Virus record (IMG/VR): IMGVR_UViG_3300010346_001238
Origin: an uncultured virus (IMG/VR IMGVR_UViG_3300010346_001238)
Taxonomy: Duplodnaviria; Heunggongvirae; Uroviricota; Caudoviricetes
Strand: one strand, 5' to 3'
Length of the DNA: 64,000 bases
The stretch's first letter is position 1; each line of letters begins with the position of its first letter. Below, piece by piece: positions 42,056-51,813 of this stretch. The notes under the pieces are model-generated. The model searched no databases. It was not told where the DNA came from and worked only from the letters and a program-made list of their open reading frames with translations. The position numbers and the translations under genes are program-made.

Positions 42056-42655
42056 ATGAAGAAATTCACTAAAATGATGATTGGAGTGTCTGCGGCAGTA
42101 TTGGTTGCTATGACGACTTTGGCTGCTGACACCACCGTTAAGGCCGCAGGTAATCCTGTAGCTGTCGAAACTGCAAAGGTAAAATCTGATTCTCTATTTA
42201 ATGAAGGAGAATGGGGATTGACTCTTTCAACTGGATACGATCTAGGAGAATCCAAAGCTGTTAATGGAAAACATCTATTTGGACATCCCTATACGTATAA
42301 TCTCACCGTTGGAGCATTCTACTTCCCGTGGAAGTATGTCGGCGCTGAGGTCAACGTTCCATTTTATCAAACCAAGGGTGTATGTGTGGACGAAGTACAA
42401 GCCGGAATTTTGTTGAGAGTGCCTTTGGCCAAAGAAGCCCCGGTGTTTAGAAATATAGCTCCATATGTTGGAATAGGTGGGGTATATAATTGGCAAGACA
42501 ATAAAGATTGGGCGTATATTGGGAAAGCAGGAATTGAAGCCCGCTATAATAAGAAATGGGGAATTTACGCCGAGTGCCAATATCGTAATTATGAGTTGAA
42601 GAATTGGGATCAAGGTGCAGTTTCGCTTCAAGGCGGTCTGCGACTGGTATTCTAA
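42056..42655 (+). CDS. outer-membrane beta-barrel protein
   Basis: Signal peptide, APYVGIGG, amphipathic strands, terminal GLRLVF. Confidence 0.8.
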   Translation: MKKFTKMMIGVSAAVLVAMTTLAADTTVKAAGNPVAVETAKVKSDSLFNEGEWGLTLSTGYDLGESKAVNGKHLFGHPYTYNLTVGAFYFPWKYVGAEVNVPFYQTKGVCVDEVQAGILLRVPLAKEAPVFRNIAPYVGIGGVYNWQDNKDWAYIGKAGIEARYNKKWGIYAECQYRNYELKNWDQGAVSLQGGLRLVF

Positions 42656-42765
42656 TTTTGCGGAGAAATACCGTAAATGGTGGAGGGTAATCTAACGCCC
42701 CCAGACGGGTGGAAGCCGGAACAAAGTTTCCACCCGTTCTTATTAATAAATCTATAATAAGTGTT

Positions 42766-43332
42766 ATGAAAAAATTAAGTGTTATTTTATTTTCGTTGGC
42801 AGTATTAAATTGTATTGCTCAAAACAATTCTGAAAAAGTCAAATTAGAATGGGCCATGCCCAATGATAATACGGTTACAGGATACGTATTATATTATAAG
42901 AATATTACTAATGTTAATTATCTTTCTACAAATATTGCAGGCAAATTTACTACTAATGCGGTCCTTTATATTGCGCCTACCGAATTATTTGAAGCGTATG
43001 TTACGGCAAAAAATTCCGAAGGATTAGAAAGTGACCCTTCCAATAAAATCCGGATGCAAAATATTTGGGTTAATGGTGCAGAAATGAGTACTCCTATTGT
43101 GCTGAAGGATAAGGGAAGTACAAATTTTCCTGGATTTTTATTTACGGGAGGAATAACCAATGGTAATATAACTGGTGTGCCTCCAAATTTAAATTACATG
43201 GCTACAAATACAATTGGAAAGGATACTATTATTTATCGGTCGCCCGAAAAATATGCGAATCAATTTATTACGAATTATTATACTTTAATTCGTGCAATGA
43301 ATTATCCGCCAATTCTTTCTTTATCTGAATGA
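42766..43332 (+). CDS. secreted fibronectin type III protein
   Basis: VKLEW..VTGYVLYY..YVTAKN..GLESDPSN. Confidence 0.75.
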   Translation: MKKLSVILFSLAVLNCIAQNNSEKVKLEWAMPNDNTVTGYVLYYKNITNVNYLSTNIAGKFTTNAVLYIAPTELFEAYVTAKNSEGLESDPSNKIRMQNIWVNGAEMSTPIVLKDKGSTNFPGFLFTGGITNGNITGVPPNLNYMATNTIGKDTIIYRSPEKYANQFITNYYTLIRAMNYPPILSLSE

Positions 43333-43625
43333 AATCGGAACATATTTTTTGTGAATTATGTAAAATGCACACCCGTACCCGGGGACATCATCTGATTCCC
43401 CGGTGTAAGGGTGGAAAAGATATAGCATATATTTGCGAGACGTGTGAATCTTATATTCATAAAACTTGGTCGCATAATGAACTGCGGGATACTTACAATA
43501 ATTTAGAAACTATTTTACAGAATGCCGGATTTCAAAAATTCTTAAAGTGGAGAGTTAAACAATCTGCAACGACATTATTTAAATCTCGAACTGGAAAATA
43601 TAGAAATAAAAATAAATATTCATAA
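43329..43625 (+). CDS. HNH-like small nuclease
   Basis: CELC..HHLIPR..CETC..H. Confidence 0.7.
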   Translation: MKSEHIFCELCKMHTRTRGHHLIPRCKGGKDIAYICETCESYIHKTWSHNELRDTYNNLETILQNAGFQKFLKWRVKQSATTLFKSRTGKYRNKNKYS

Positions 43626-43627
43626 TT

Positions 43628-43990
43628 ATGAGAGTTATTCGAGTTATTGATAGAGAAATTAATAAGTGTTATCACCAGTGTCCATATTTTGGTGGAGATG
43701 TAGAAGTAATGATATGCGATCATCCTGACGCTGAGGATAAAGGATATATCATAACATATCCAGATTGTATGAATGGATTTCCGGCCAAATGTCCCTTAAT
43801 AGAAATAGAAAATATGAAAACAAAGAAAAATGCTCAAGTAAGATTAAAATTTGAAAGTTTATGGCGAGATCATTTTCGTCATTTGCCACCTTTAGATTCT
43901 ATGAATATTCTTAAAATTGAAAAACTTAAAGAATTTACATGGGAAATATATAAACAGGGATATAATTTTGGTTTGGATAAAGACTCTTAA
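43628..43990 (+). CDS. Cys-rich hypothetical protein
   Basis: CYHQCPY..C..CPL. Confidence 0.65.
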   Translation: MRVIRVIDREINKCYHQCPYFGGDVEVMICDHPDAEDKGYIITYPDCMNGFPAKCPLIEIENMKTKKNAQVRLKFESLWRDHFRHLPPLDSMNILKIEKLKEFTWEIYKQGYNFGLDKDS

Positions 43991-44096
43991 ATAACTGATG
44001 ATGATTTTTGGACTTGACAATTTATCCTGACGTGATATAATGTCTTCCATAAAATTTGAGATGTTTTCTTAAATTCGTTCTATTTATAGATTGAAG

Positions 44097-44170
44097 GGCT
44101 GTTTAGTATAATAGTAGTACGTTGGTTTCATAAGCCGAAAGCACTGGGGCGGAACCAGTAACAGCTACCA
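44097..44170 (+). tRNA. tRNA-Met(CAT), atypical T-loop
   Basis: Cloverleaf, TTCATAA loop, CCA. Confidence 0.8.
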
Positions 44171-44175
44171 ATTTT

Positions 44176-44249
44176 GCGGGTGTGGTGTAATGGTAGCCCA
44201 CCACCTTGCCAAGGTGAAAGTGAGGGTTCGATTCCCTTCACCCGCTCCA
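44176..44249 (+). tRNA. tRNA-Gly(GCC)
   Basis: Cloverleaf, CCA. Confidence 0.92.
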
Positions 44250-44261
44250 TTTAATAGGTAA

Positions 44262-44336
44262 GCACATGTAGCCTAGAGGTCAGGCAGAACCCTTCCAAGG
44301 TTCCTTACGCTGGTTCGAATCCAGTCATGTGCTCCA
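44262..44336 (+). tRNA. tRNA-Gly(TCC)
   Basis: Cloverleaf, CCA. Confidence 0.92.
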
Positions 44337-44555
44337 AATCAAACAAAAGATTCCACTTCAAAATATAGAATATGCCGAAGAAAAATATGGAAAGGGATTA
44401 GAAAAATTATACGAAAAAAAGTCTTGACCTTTTATGTGTGAAATGATAGAATGTTAGCAAGAATGAAATATTGGCATAATATGATAACAGTATAATAATT
44501 TTTAAAAATAGTTTTATCTGTTATTTTTATAAATTCGCATATATTTATTTTTGAT

Positions 44556-44629
44556 GCCGGATTGATGTAATGGCAGCCTGCTACTTTGGTACAGTAGAAG
44601 TTCGAGTTCGATTCTCGGATCCGGCTCCA
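44556..44629 (+). tRNA. tRNA-Thr(GGT)
   Basis: Cloverleaf, CCA. Confidence 0.9.
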
Positions 44630-44630
44630 T

Positions 44631-44722
44631 CGCACTGTAATGTAAAGAGCATCGTCGGTCTTATAAGCCGAAGCGCACCAGATAAGTGCCGAGTCTCGGG
44701 GCAGTACCGGGCAGTGCGACCA
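44631..44722 (+). tRNA. tRNA-Ile(TAT) with long variable arm
   Basis: cgcactg/cagtgcg, CTTATAA loop, CCA. Confidence 0.8.
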
Positions 44723-44727
44723 ATTTT

Positions 44728-45021
44728 ATGAGAAAAATATTAGTTATATCTGTATTGCTATTGACCATTATTGGTTGTAAACCTTCGGGTTGTAAACCAA
44801 AAGAGGTATATACAGAAAATAAATCTGATATAATTGTAACAAATGTTTTGGGACATAAATTTAGATTTATTTCACCAGAAATACCAAATGCAGATGGTAC
44901 AGCAAGAGCAGAATTATGGGAACGAATTGATCCGTTGGATACAAATCGTTGGTACACTCGGTCATTAAGTTCGCAAATTAGAACAAATGATGTTCCCATT
45001 TTTCATTCATTTCCGAGATGA
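44728..45021 (+). CDS. lipoprotein
   Basis: Signal peptide with IIGC lipobox. Confidence 0.7.
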   Translation: MRKILVISVLLLTIIGCKPSGCKPKEVYTENKSDIIVTNVLGHKFRFISPEIPNADGTARAELWERIDPLDTNRWYTRSLSSQIRTNDVPIFHSFPR

Positions 45022-45030
45022 ATGAATAAT

Positions 45031-45115
45031 GCCACTGTGGATAAGGGAAATTGGAACAACCGACTGACTCAAGATCAGTTATCCTTTGCACGTTCGAATC
45101 GGGTCAGTGGCACCA
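45031..45115 (+). tRNA. tRNA-Leu(CAA)
   Basis: gccactg/cagtggc, CTCAAGA loop, CCA. Confidence 0.8.
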
Positions 45116-45121
45116 ATTTAT

Positions 45122-45197
45122 TGCAGGATAGAGTTCTGGTGAACTCAGATGTTTCATAAGCATCTCTAGCTTGGTTCGATTCCAAGTCCTGCAACCA
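45122..45197 (+). tRNA. tRNA-Met(CAT)
   Basis: Cloverleaf, CCA. Confidence 0.88.
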
Positions 45198-45201
45198 ATT
45201 T

Positions 45202-45276
45202 GCCGGTGAAGCATAAATGGTGATGCGCAGGTCTTGTAAACCTGAGAATCCGGTTCGATTCCGGGCACCGGCTCCA
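45202..45276 (+). tRNA. tRNA-Thr(TGT)
   Basis: Cloverleaf, CCA. Confidence 0.92.
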
Positions 45277-45291
45277 TAATTAACGAAAATT

Positions 45292-45365
45292 GCCACATTC
45301 GTATAACGGAATTATGCATCTTTCGTAAAGATGAGACGGGGGTTCGACTCCCTCATGTGGCTCCA
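45292..45365 (+). tRNA. tRNA-Thr(CGT)
   Basis: Cloverleaf, CCA. Confidence 0.92.
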
Positions 45366-45369
45366 ATTT

Positions 45370-45436
45370 TACTCGTTAGCTTAATGGCAAAGCATCGGAA
45401 TTTTCCGAGATATTGGCTCTAATCCAATACGAGTAA
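45370..45436 (+). pseudogene. tRNA-like element with collapsed anticodon loop
   Basis: All four stems intact; anticodon loop 4 nt or less; no CCA. Confidence 0.7.
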
Positions 45437-45439
45437 ATT

Positions 45440-45515
45440 GTCCCGGTGGCCGACTGGGGAAGGCGGCTCTCTGCAAAAGAGCATTAGGTGGGTTCGATTC
45501 CCACCCGGGACTCCA
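45440..45515 (+). tRNA. tRNA-Cys(GCA)
   Basis: Cloverleaf, CCA. Confidence 0.92.
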
Positions 45516-45576
45516 TTATTCTTCTAAATATTTTTTCTATTTTTTTAATATTTCAATATTATACTTATTAGTATAT

Positions 45577-46857
45577 ATGAATAATGACATAGCAGTTATA
45601 TCGACATTTTTCAATCCTCTAAAATATAAAAATCGTTATGAAAATTACTTAAAATTTCAGGATTTTATATATGAATGTGGATTAAAAGATCATTTTTATG
45701 TATCGGAAGTATTATATAAAAATGATGAACCATTTATCAATCATAAAAATATATTAAGATTTAAAACTGAAGATATTTTATGGCATAAAGAACGAGCGTT
45801 AAATTTAACTGTAAAAACTCTTCCAAAACAATATACTAAAGTTGTCTGGGTTGACACTGATATAATTTGGTCCAATATAAATTGGTGGAAAGAAGTTAGT
45901 AAATTATTAGAAGAATATAATATAATTCAACCATTTGCTTATTGTAAATTTTTAAATTCCCATTTTAATTTGGATCACACTCAAATGTCCATATTTCATA
46001 GATTATTCCGAATAAATAATGGATTGCCAACGTTTCATGCTATTCATTATGGTGGAACAATGGCTTATAATAGAAAATATTTTGAATGCGTTGAACTTTA
46101 TGATAAAGATATAATTGGAGGAGGGGATTTTATATCAAATATATCGATATTAAAAATGCCTATAGATGAAAATGTTCAAGCGTTTGATCCTGAATTAGAT
46201 TCATATATTGAAAAATCGGGTAAATATTTAGAAAACAAATATCATTATTTAGATGATTCAGTTTATCATCTTTATCATGGTCAGCTTCATGATCGTCAAT
46301 ATATAAAGAGATATTCTATTCTTAAAAATTATATTTTTAATGATATGTGTGAAAAGGATGATAATGGGTTATATAAGTTTAAGTCAACTGTTTCACAAAA
46401 AATAAAATCACAATTTTTAGATTATTTTAAAACTAAAAATGAGGATTTAATACAATTTATTGTTTCTTTAAGTAAGTCATATAATATTGAAAGAAGTTCA
46501 AATGGAAATTTCAAATGGATTTCGGCTGAAAATATATATGAATTATATAATTTAAAAAGTATTAAATTAAAAGTTAGTCGAATGGGGAATTCTAATACCT
46601 CTCCATATTTAAATGTTATATGTAATGGAAACTTTAAACATTATTCGCTAGATTTAAATAAAGATACTGAAATCATTATTCCTGTTTCTGATAAAAAAGA
46701 AGTATCTAAACTTATTCTTTTAGGAAAAGGATTTGTACCTGCCGAAATAGATTTAAACAGTCGGGATTTTCGCCAATTATCTTATGCAATTAAAAAAGTA
46801 GAAATTTTACAACAAAATAAAACAGAATATGAAAATTATTTATTAGAAAATTTTTAA
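45577..46857 (+). CDS. GT-A-fold glycosyltransferase-like, paralog 1
   Basis: WHKERALN, WVDTD, GGGD, HLYHG. Confidence 0.8.
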   Translation: MNNDIAVISTFFNPLKYKNRYENYLKFQDFIYECGLKDHFYVSEVLYKNDEPFINHKNILRFKTEDILWHKERALNLTVKTLPKQYTKVVWVDTDIIWSNINWWKEVSKLLEEYNIIQPFAYCKFLNSHFNLDHTQMSIFHRLFRINNGLPTFHAIHYGGTMAYNRKYFECVELYDKDIIGGGDFISNISILKMPIDENVQAFDPELDSYIEKSGKYLENKYHYLDDSVYHLYHGQLHDRQYIKRYSILKNYIFNDMCEKDDNGLYKFKSTVSQKIKSQFLDYFKTKNEDLIQFIVSLSKSYNIERSSNGNFKWISAENIYELYNLKSIKLKVSRMGNSNTSPYLNVICNGNFKHYSLDLNKDTEIIIPVSDKKEVSKLILLGKGFVPAEIDLNSRDFRQLSYAIKKVEILQQNKTEYENYLLENF

Positions 46858-46861
46858 TATT

Positions 46862-48133
46862 ATGAATAATGACATAGCAGTTATATCGACATTTTTCAAT
46901 CCTTTAAAATATAAAAATCGTTATGAAAATTACTTAAAATTTCAGAATTTTATATATGACTGCGGATTAAAAGATCATTTTTATGTATCGGAATTATTGT
47001 ATAATAATGAAGAACCGTTTATTAATCATGAAAATGTAATCAGATTTAAAATGGAAGATATATTTTGGCATAAAGAACGAGCTTTAAATTTAACTGCAAA
47101 AATACTTCCAAAACAATATTCCAAAGTTATCTGGGTTGATGCCGATATGATTTGGTTCAATAAGAATTGGTGGAAAGAAGTAAGTAAATTATTGGATGAA
47201 TATAATGTAGTTCAACCATATTCAAGCTGTCAATATTTACGATCTAATTTTAGTACTGAAAGAAAAACTAATTCGGTATTATTTTATATATGTCAAAATA
47301 ATTTTAATGAAAAGGGATTGGTAGGTGGAGCGATGGCCTATAAACGGGAATTTTTTGACACGATTGGATTATATGATCGGGCAATAATGGGTGGCGGAGA
47401 TATAGTATCTATTATGCCCATATTAAAAACTACTATTCCAACAAAATATGCATATTTTGATTTAAAATTGAATGAATATTTAGAAAAAGCAACTCAGTAT
47501 ATAAATAACCGATATTATTACTTAGATGAATTAATTTGTCATTTATATCATGGACGAATATTTGATCGGGGGTATAAAGATCGATATAAAATGAATGAAA
47601 ATTTAACATTTGATGATTTATGTGAAGTTGGAGAAAGCGGATTGTATAAATTTAAATCAAATGTTACAAAGATTGTAAAATTTAATTATATTAAATATTT
47701 TGAAGATAGGAATGAAGATTGGGAGCAACTAATTTATCCATTAAATAAAAGATATATGATTGAAAAAAATATAGATGGATCATTATATAAATGGTATGCC
47801 CCAACAAGTGTATTTGAATTGAAGAATATAAAAAGTATTAAACTACAAATTGATAGACGAGGAAATCCATATACTTCTCCATATTTAAATGTCATAGTTA
47901 ATGAAAAATTTAAGCAATTTGCATTAAATTTAGAAAATATTACCGAAATCATTATTCCTATATCTGAAGTGGAGCAAACATCTAAACTTGTTTTATTAGG
48001 AAGAGAATTTATACCTTCACGTACCTCTTTAAATAGTAATGATAATCGTTATTTATCTTATATAATTAATAAATGTTGGATATTGCCAAATGGAAAAATA
48101 AATTATGAAGAATACCCAATAGAAAATTTTTAA
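46862..48133 (+). CDS. GT-A-fold glycosyltransferase-like, paralog 2
   Basis: WVDAD, GGGD, HLYHG. Confidence 0.8.
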   Translation: MNNDIAVISTFFNPLKYKNRYENYLKFQNFIYDCGLKDHFYVSELLYNNEEPFINHENVIRFKMEDIFWHKERALNLTAKILPKQYSKVIWVDADMIWFNKNWWKEVSKLLDEYNVVQPYSSCQYLRSNFSTERKTNSVLFYICQNNFNEKGLVGGAMAYKREFFDTIGLYDRAIMGGGDIVSIMPILKTTIPTKYAYFDLKLNEYLEKATQYINNRYYYLDELICHLYHGRIFDRGYKDRYKMNENLTFDDLCEVGESGLYKFKSNVTKIVKFNYIKYFEDRNEDWEQLIYPLNKRYMIEKNIDGSLYKWYAPTSVFELKNIKSIKLQIDRRGNPYTSPYLNVIVNEKFKQFALNLENITEIIIPISEVEQTSKLVLLGREFIPSRTSLNSNDNRYLSYIINKCWILPNGKINYEEYPIENF

Positions 48134-48135
48134 AT

Positions 48136-49419
48136 ATGAATAATGACATAGCAGTTATATCAACATTTTTTAATCCTCTAAAATATAAAAATCGATATGA
48201 AACTTATTTAAGATTTCAAGACTTTATATATGACTGCGGATTAAAAGATCATTTCTATATTTCTGAATTGTTATATGATGAAGAAGAGCCATTTATTAAA
48301 CATGAAAATGTAATTAGATTTAAAGTTAAAGATATATTTTGGCATAAAGAACGGGCTTTAAATTTAACTGCAAAAATACTTCCAAAACAATATTCTAAAA
48401 TTATCTGGGTTGATGCAGACGTAATTTGGTTCAGTAAGAATTGGTGGAAAAAAGTAAGTAAATTGTTGGATGAATATAATATAATTCAACCATATTCTCA
48501 TTGTCAAAATTTAAATAAAAATTTTAGTTTAGATAGAAAATATAAATCACAAATTTATAGTGTAATATTTTATAATAAAAATACATCAAAACAAATGGAA
48601 TATGGTGCCCCGGGTGGTTCTATGGCTTATAAGCGGGAGTTTTTTGAAAATATAGGTCTTTATGATAGATGTATAGTTGGCGGGGGAGATTATAAATCAA
48701 TTTATTCTATATTTGGTTTGGAATTACCAATGCGAGATAAATCATTTGATTTTAAAATAAATGAATATGCGAATATTATCAAAAAATATATTGGAAATAA
48801 ATATTATTATTTAGATGAAATAATGTATCATTTATATCATGGAAGAAAATTTGAACGACAATATTCAAAAAGGTATCAATTAATTAAAAATTTTAATTTT
48901 TATGATTTATGTGAAGAAGATGAAAATGGGTTATATAAATTTAAATCTACAGTTACAAATGAATTGAAATTGAAATTTATTAATTATTTTAAAAATCGCA
49001 ACGAAGACTGGGAACCATTAATAATTCCATTGTATAAACCGTACTTGGTAGAGCACAGTAAAAATAATATATTTAAATGGATGCCTCCCGAATGTGAATA
49101 TGAATTACATAATATAAAAAGTATTAAATTACAAATTTGTCGAATGGGAAATGCTCTCACTACTCCATATTTGAATGTTATATCTAATGGAAAGTTTAAA
49201 CAATATTTATTGAATTTAGATAAAGATACAGAAATTGTTATTCCTATTTCTGAAAAAAAAGGAATATTCAAACTTATTCTTATAGGAAAGGGATTTATAC
49301 CAGAAAAAGTTTTTATTAATAATTCGGATGTAAGAAAATTATCTTATGTAATTAACAATGTTAAAATTTTACAACATGATAAAGAAGAATTTGAAGATTA
49401 TCCGGTAGATGCAATGTAA
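48136..49419 (+). CDS. GT-A-fold glycosyltransferase-like, paralog 3
   Basis: WVDAD, GGGD, HLYHG. Confidence 0.8.
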   Translation: MNNDIAVISTFFNPLKYKNRYETYLRFQDFIYDCGLKDHFYISELLYDEEEPFIKHENVIRFKVKDIFWHKERALNLTAKILPKQYSKIIWVDADVIWFSKNWWKKVSKLLDEYNIIQPYSHCQNLNKNFSLDRKYKSQIYSVIFYNKNTSKQMEYGAPGGSMAYKREFFENIGLYDRCIVGGGDYKSIYSIFGLELPMRDKSFDFKINEYANIIKKYIGNKYYYLDEIMYHLYHGRKFERQYSKRYQLIKNFNFYDLCEEDENGLYKFKSTVTNELKLKFINYFKNRNEDWEPLIIPLYKPYLVEHSKNNIFKWMPPECEYELHNIKSIKLQICRMGNALTTPYLNVISNGKFKQYLLNLDKDTEIVIPISEKKGIFKLILIGKGFIPEKVFINNSDVRKLSYVINNVKILQHDKEEFEDYPVDAM

Positions 49420-49439
49420 GAGTTGAAATATTAAAATGG

Positions 49440-49607
49440 GAGTTGACATTTGTGAAAAGTCTGATATAATGAGAGGCGAAAATTGAAATGCCAAAGAAAA
49501 ATTGAAAAAAAAAAATCGAAAAAGAGTTGACATTGATTAAAAGTCTGGTATAATGGTTGGCGAAAATTGAAATACCAAAGAAAATTGGTAAAAAACAAAA
49601 ATTGAAC
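49440..49607 (+). promoter_or_regulatory. two tandem ~85-bp promoter units
   Basis: gagttgacatt..aaaagtctg.tataatg..gcgaaaattgaaat.ccaaagaaa twice. Confidence 0.8.
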
Positions 49608-49624
49608 ACTATTTATCTGGTAGT

Positions 49625-49729
49625 ATGAGAAATCGATTACAAAAACGGAATAGAGCCGAGGGCGATTGGACGCTCAATAGTAAGAGTGTCTCCATTTATA
49701 ATCGTCCAGAAGGGAGGCTCTCGACGTGA
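49625..49729 (+). CDS. putative 34-aa attenuator leader peptide
   Basis: MRNRLQKRNRAEGDWTLNSKSVSIYNRPEGRLST*; last codons overlap the antiterminator arm. Confidence 0.6.
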   Translation: MRNRLQKRNRAEGDWTLNSKSVSIYNRPEGRLST

Positions 49730-49753
49730 TGTAATACGATACATGCCGTCAAT

Positions 49754-49785
49754 GAGAGCCGAACCAAAAAAGGTTCGGTTTTTTT
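49754..49785 (+). terminator. intrinsic terminator with competing antiterminator
   Basis: gagagccgaacc-aaaaaa-ggttcgg-T7; the 5' arm also pairs with ggctctc 49716-49722. Confidence 0.85.
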
Positions 49786-49847
49786 GTTGACAAAAAACTG
49801 GATTTGTGGCAAAATGGATTTGTGGCAAAATTTGGATGGGTTTTAAT

Positions 49848-49979
49848 GGTGCTGAGTTTTCCCGGAAAAAGCACCCGTAGAAGAGTTCCGTGAGATCGGA
49901 TATAGCGGAGCGGCAAATATAGCTCCAACTCTGGTCAGTGCAGGGATGTGCTGGCTACCAACGAAGGTGAAAAAACTCA
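49848..49979 (+). ncRNA. unidentified structured RNA
   Basis: ggtgct/agcacc, tgagtttt/aaaactca pseudoknot, agagtt/aactct, ggagc/gctcc. Confidence 0.5.
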
Positions 49980-49991
49980 ATGGGATGTAAT

Positions 49992-50069
49992 GGAAGCGAA
50001 GCTCATAAGGATGAGCACCCGGCTTTTAACCGGGTGGCAGGTTGGGTTCGAATCCCCCCGCTTCCACCA
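49992..50069 (+). tRNA. tRNA-Lys(TTT)
   Basis: Cloverleaf, CCA. Confidence 0.88.
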
Positions 50070-50071
50070 AC

Positions 50072-50142
50072 AGGAGGTCCGCTGGGCGGTACGAGGTCTC
50101 CAAAACCTTGTTTGACAGGTTCGATTCCTGTACCTTCTGCCA
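50072..50142 (+). tRNA. tRNA-Trp(CCA), short D-arm
   Basis: CTCCAAA loop, G73-CCA. Confidence 0.85.
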
Positions 50143-50319
50143 ATTTAGATAGAAAAAATGAATTTATTTATACTATTTATTTATAAAGATTAGAATTTAA
50201 AGATTATAGTACTGCATTAAGTTTCGCTAAAAAAACAGCAGAAGAAATGTTAAAGGATGCGGATCTTGATATGTAATAAATACAACAATTTCTATTAAAT
50301 TTTAATATATTTATATGAC

Positions 50320-51627
50320 ATGAATATATACCAATTATTAAAAGAATCAAAGCAGTTGTTGAATCAATCGGTTCAATTAAATCTTGACACTACTCAATTA
50401 ATTTCGGAGGCTCTTGAATTAGAATTGCACGAGGATTTATTAGTTGTTGTTTCTAATGAAGAAGATCGAAGAAAAGCTTCTCAAGAAACTTTTCGAAATA
50501 AAAGTGCGTTATATGCGGCTGGATTCAGATGGAATTCTGGAATAAATGCTTGGGTAATTGATAAATCCGAATTTAATCGTGTAAAGCCGATTATAATGAA
50601 AATAAATCAATCGGCAAAAAATCAGCTTGCAGATAGAGCAAATGAACTTTTAGATAAAATACAAAATACATCTGATTTGCGATCACATTCTCCTGGACTT
50701 TCTCGTAAAGAAGAGTTGAGTGTAATGATTGAAAAGTTCGTTGAAGATTTAACTACTGCTATAGATGACGTTAAGGCGTCTGAAACTTTTAGAAAATATT
50801 TGGAATTTGGTCTGCGATTTCGTTCTTATAGTTGGTATAATACGATGCTTATTTGGATGCAAAGACCTAGTGCAACAAAAGTGGCTGGATTTAAACAGTG
50901 GCAAGATAAGTTTTACAGACGAGTTAAAAAAGGAGCTAAAGGAATTACTATTTTAGCACCAATGATTTCAAAGAAAAAAGAAGAACCCGACGAAGATGGA
51001 ATAGATTCGACCGATTTAGATCCCGTTAAAAAAGAAAAAGAATATAAGCAAATACGATTTATGGCGGTAACTGTATTTGACATTTCTGATACTGAACCCA
51101 TAGACGAGCGGGGAGAAGTTCCCGAAGAACCTAATTGGAAAGGAAGCAATGATCCCAATGAAAAGGCGGATGAAGTATATGAATGTGCTGCTGAATTGGC
51201 CGATAATATGGGAATTAAACTTGAAACGGGTGATGCAAAGGGTTCTGAAATGGGGTGGGCTAAAGGAGATCATATAAATATTACTAGCAATATTGCCGGA
51301 GTAAATCGTGCAGCAACACTCATTCATGAAATTGCTCATGAATTATTACATTTTAAGAAATCCTCCCCGTTTTATGTTGGTGATGTAGATGATGTACGAT
51401 TGACCAGAGAAGTTGCTGAATTACAAGCAGAAACGGTTTCTTATATTGTAATTCGATATTATGAATTGCCCGCAGAGCATCATGCGACATATTTAGCTTT
51501 TTGGAAAGGTAATAAAGATGCTATTTCTAAAAACATAACACATATTCGTAAAGCTGCGGATTTTATTATTAAAGAAATAGATAAAATTCAAGAATATCGT
51601 AAAAAGGAAGCCGGGCCAGATTTATAA
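50320..51627 (+). CDS. ArdC-like N-terminal domain plus HExxH metallopeptidase-like domain
   Basis: YSWYNTMLIWMQRP.AT.VAGFKQW..RRVKKG.KGI.ILAP, VFDISDT, HEIAHELLH, ELQAE. Confidence 0.85.
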   Translation: MNIYQLLKESKQLLNQSVQLNLDTTQLISEALELELHEDLLVVVSNEEDRRKASQETFRNKSALYAAGFRWNSGINAWVIDKSEFNRVKPIIMKINQSAKNQLADRANELLDKIQNTSDLRSHSPGLSRKEELSVMIEKFVEDLTTAIDDVKASETFRKYLEFGLRFRSYSWYNTMLIWMQRPSATKVAGFKQWQDKFYRRVKKGAKGITILAPMISKKKEEPDEDGIDSTDLDPVKKEKEYKQIRFMAVTVFDISDTEPIDERGEVPEEPNWKGSNDPNEKADEVYECAAELADNMGIKLETGDAKGSEMGWAKGDHINITSNIAGVNRAATLIHEIAHELLHFKKSSPFYVGDVDDVRLTREVAELQAETVSYIVIRYYELPAEHHATYLAFWKGNKDAISKNITHIRKAADFIIKEIDKIQEYRKKEAGPDL

Positions 51628-51628
51628 T

Positions 51629-51703
51629 GGTGGGTATATCATAATGGTAATGTCTCCGACTGTGACTCGGATTATACGGGTTCGATTCCCGTTACTCACC
51701 CCA
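51629..51703 (+). tRNA. tRNA-His(GTG)
   Basis: G-1, cloverleaf, CCA. Confidence 0.92.
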
Positions 51704-51711
51704 ATTTCAAT

Positions 51712-51788
51712 GCGCCGAAAGCTACAGTGGACCGGCACCCGGCTCTTACCCGGATATGGTTGGGTTTCAACTACCCATCGGCGCACCA
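51712..51788 (+). tRNA. tRNA-Lys(CTT)
   Basis: Cloverleaf, CCA. Confidence 0.85.
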
Positions 51789-51813
51789 TTTTTATTAATA
51801 GATAAGGTGAAGA

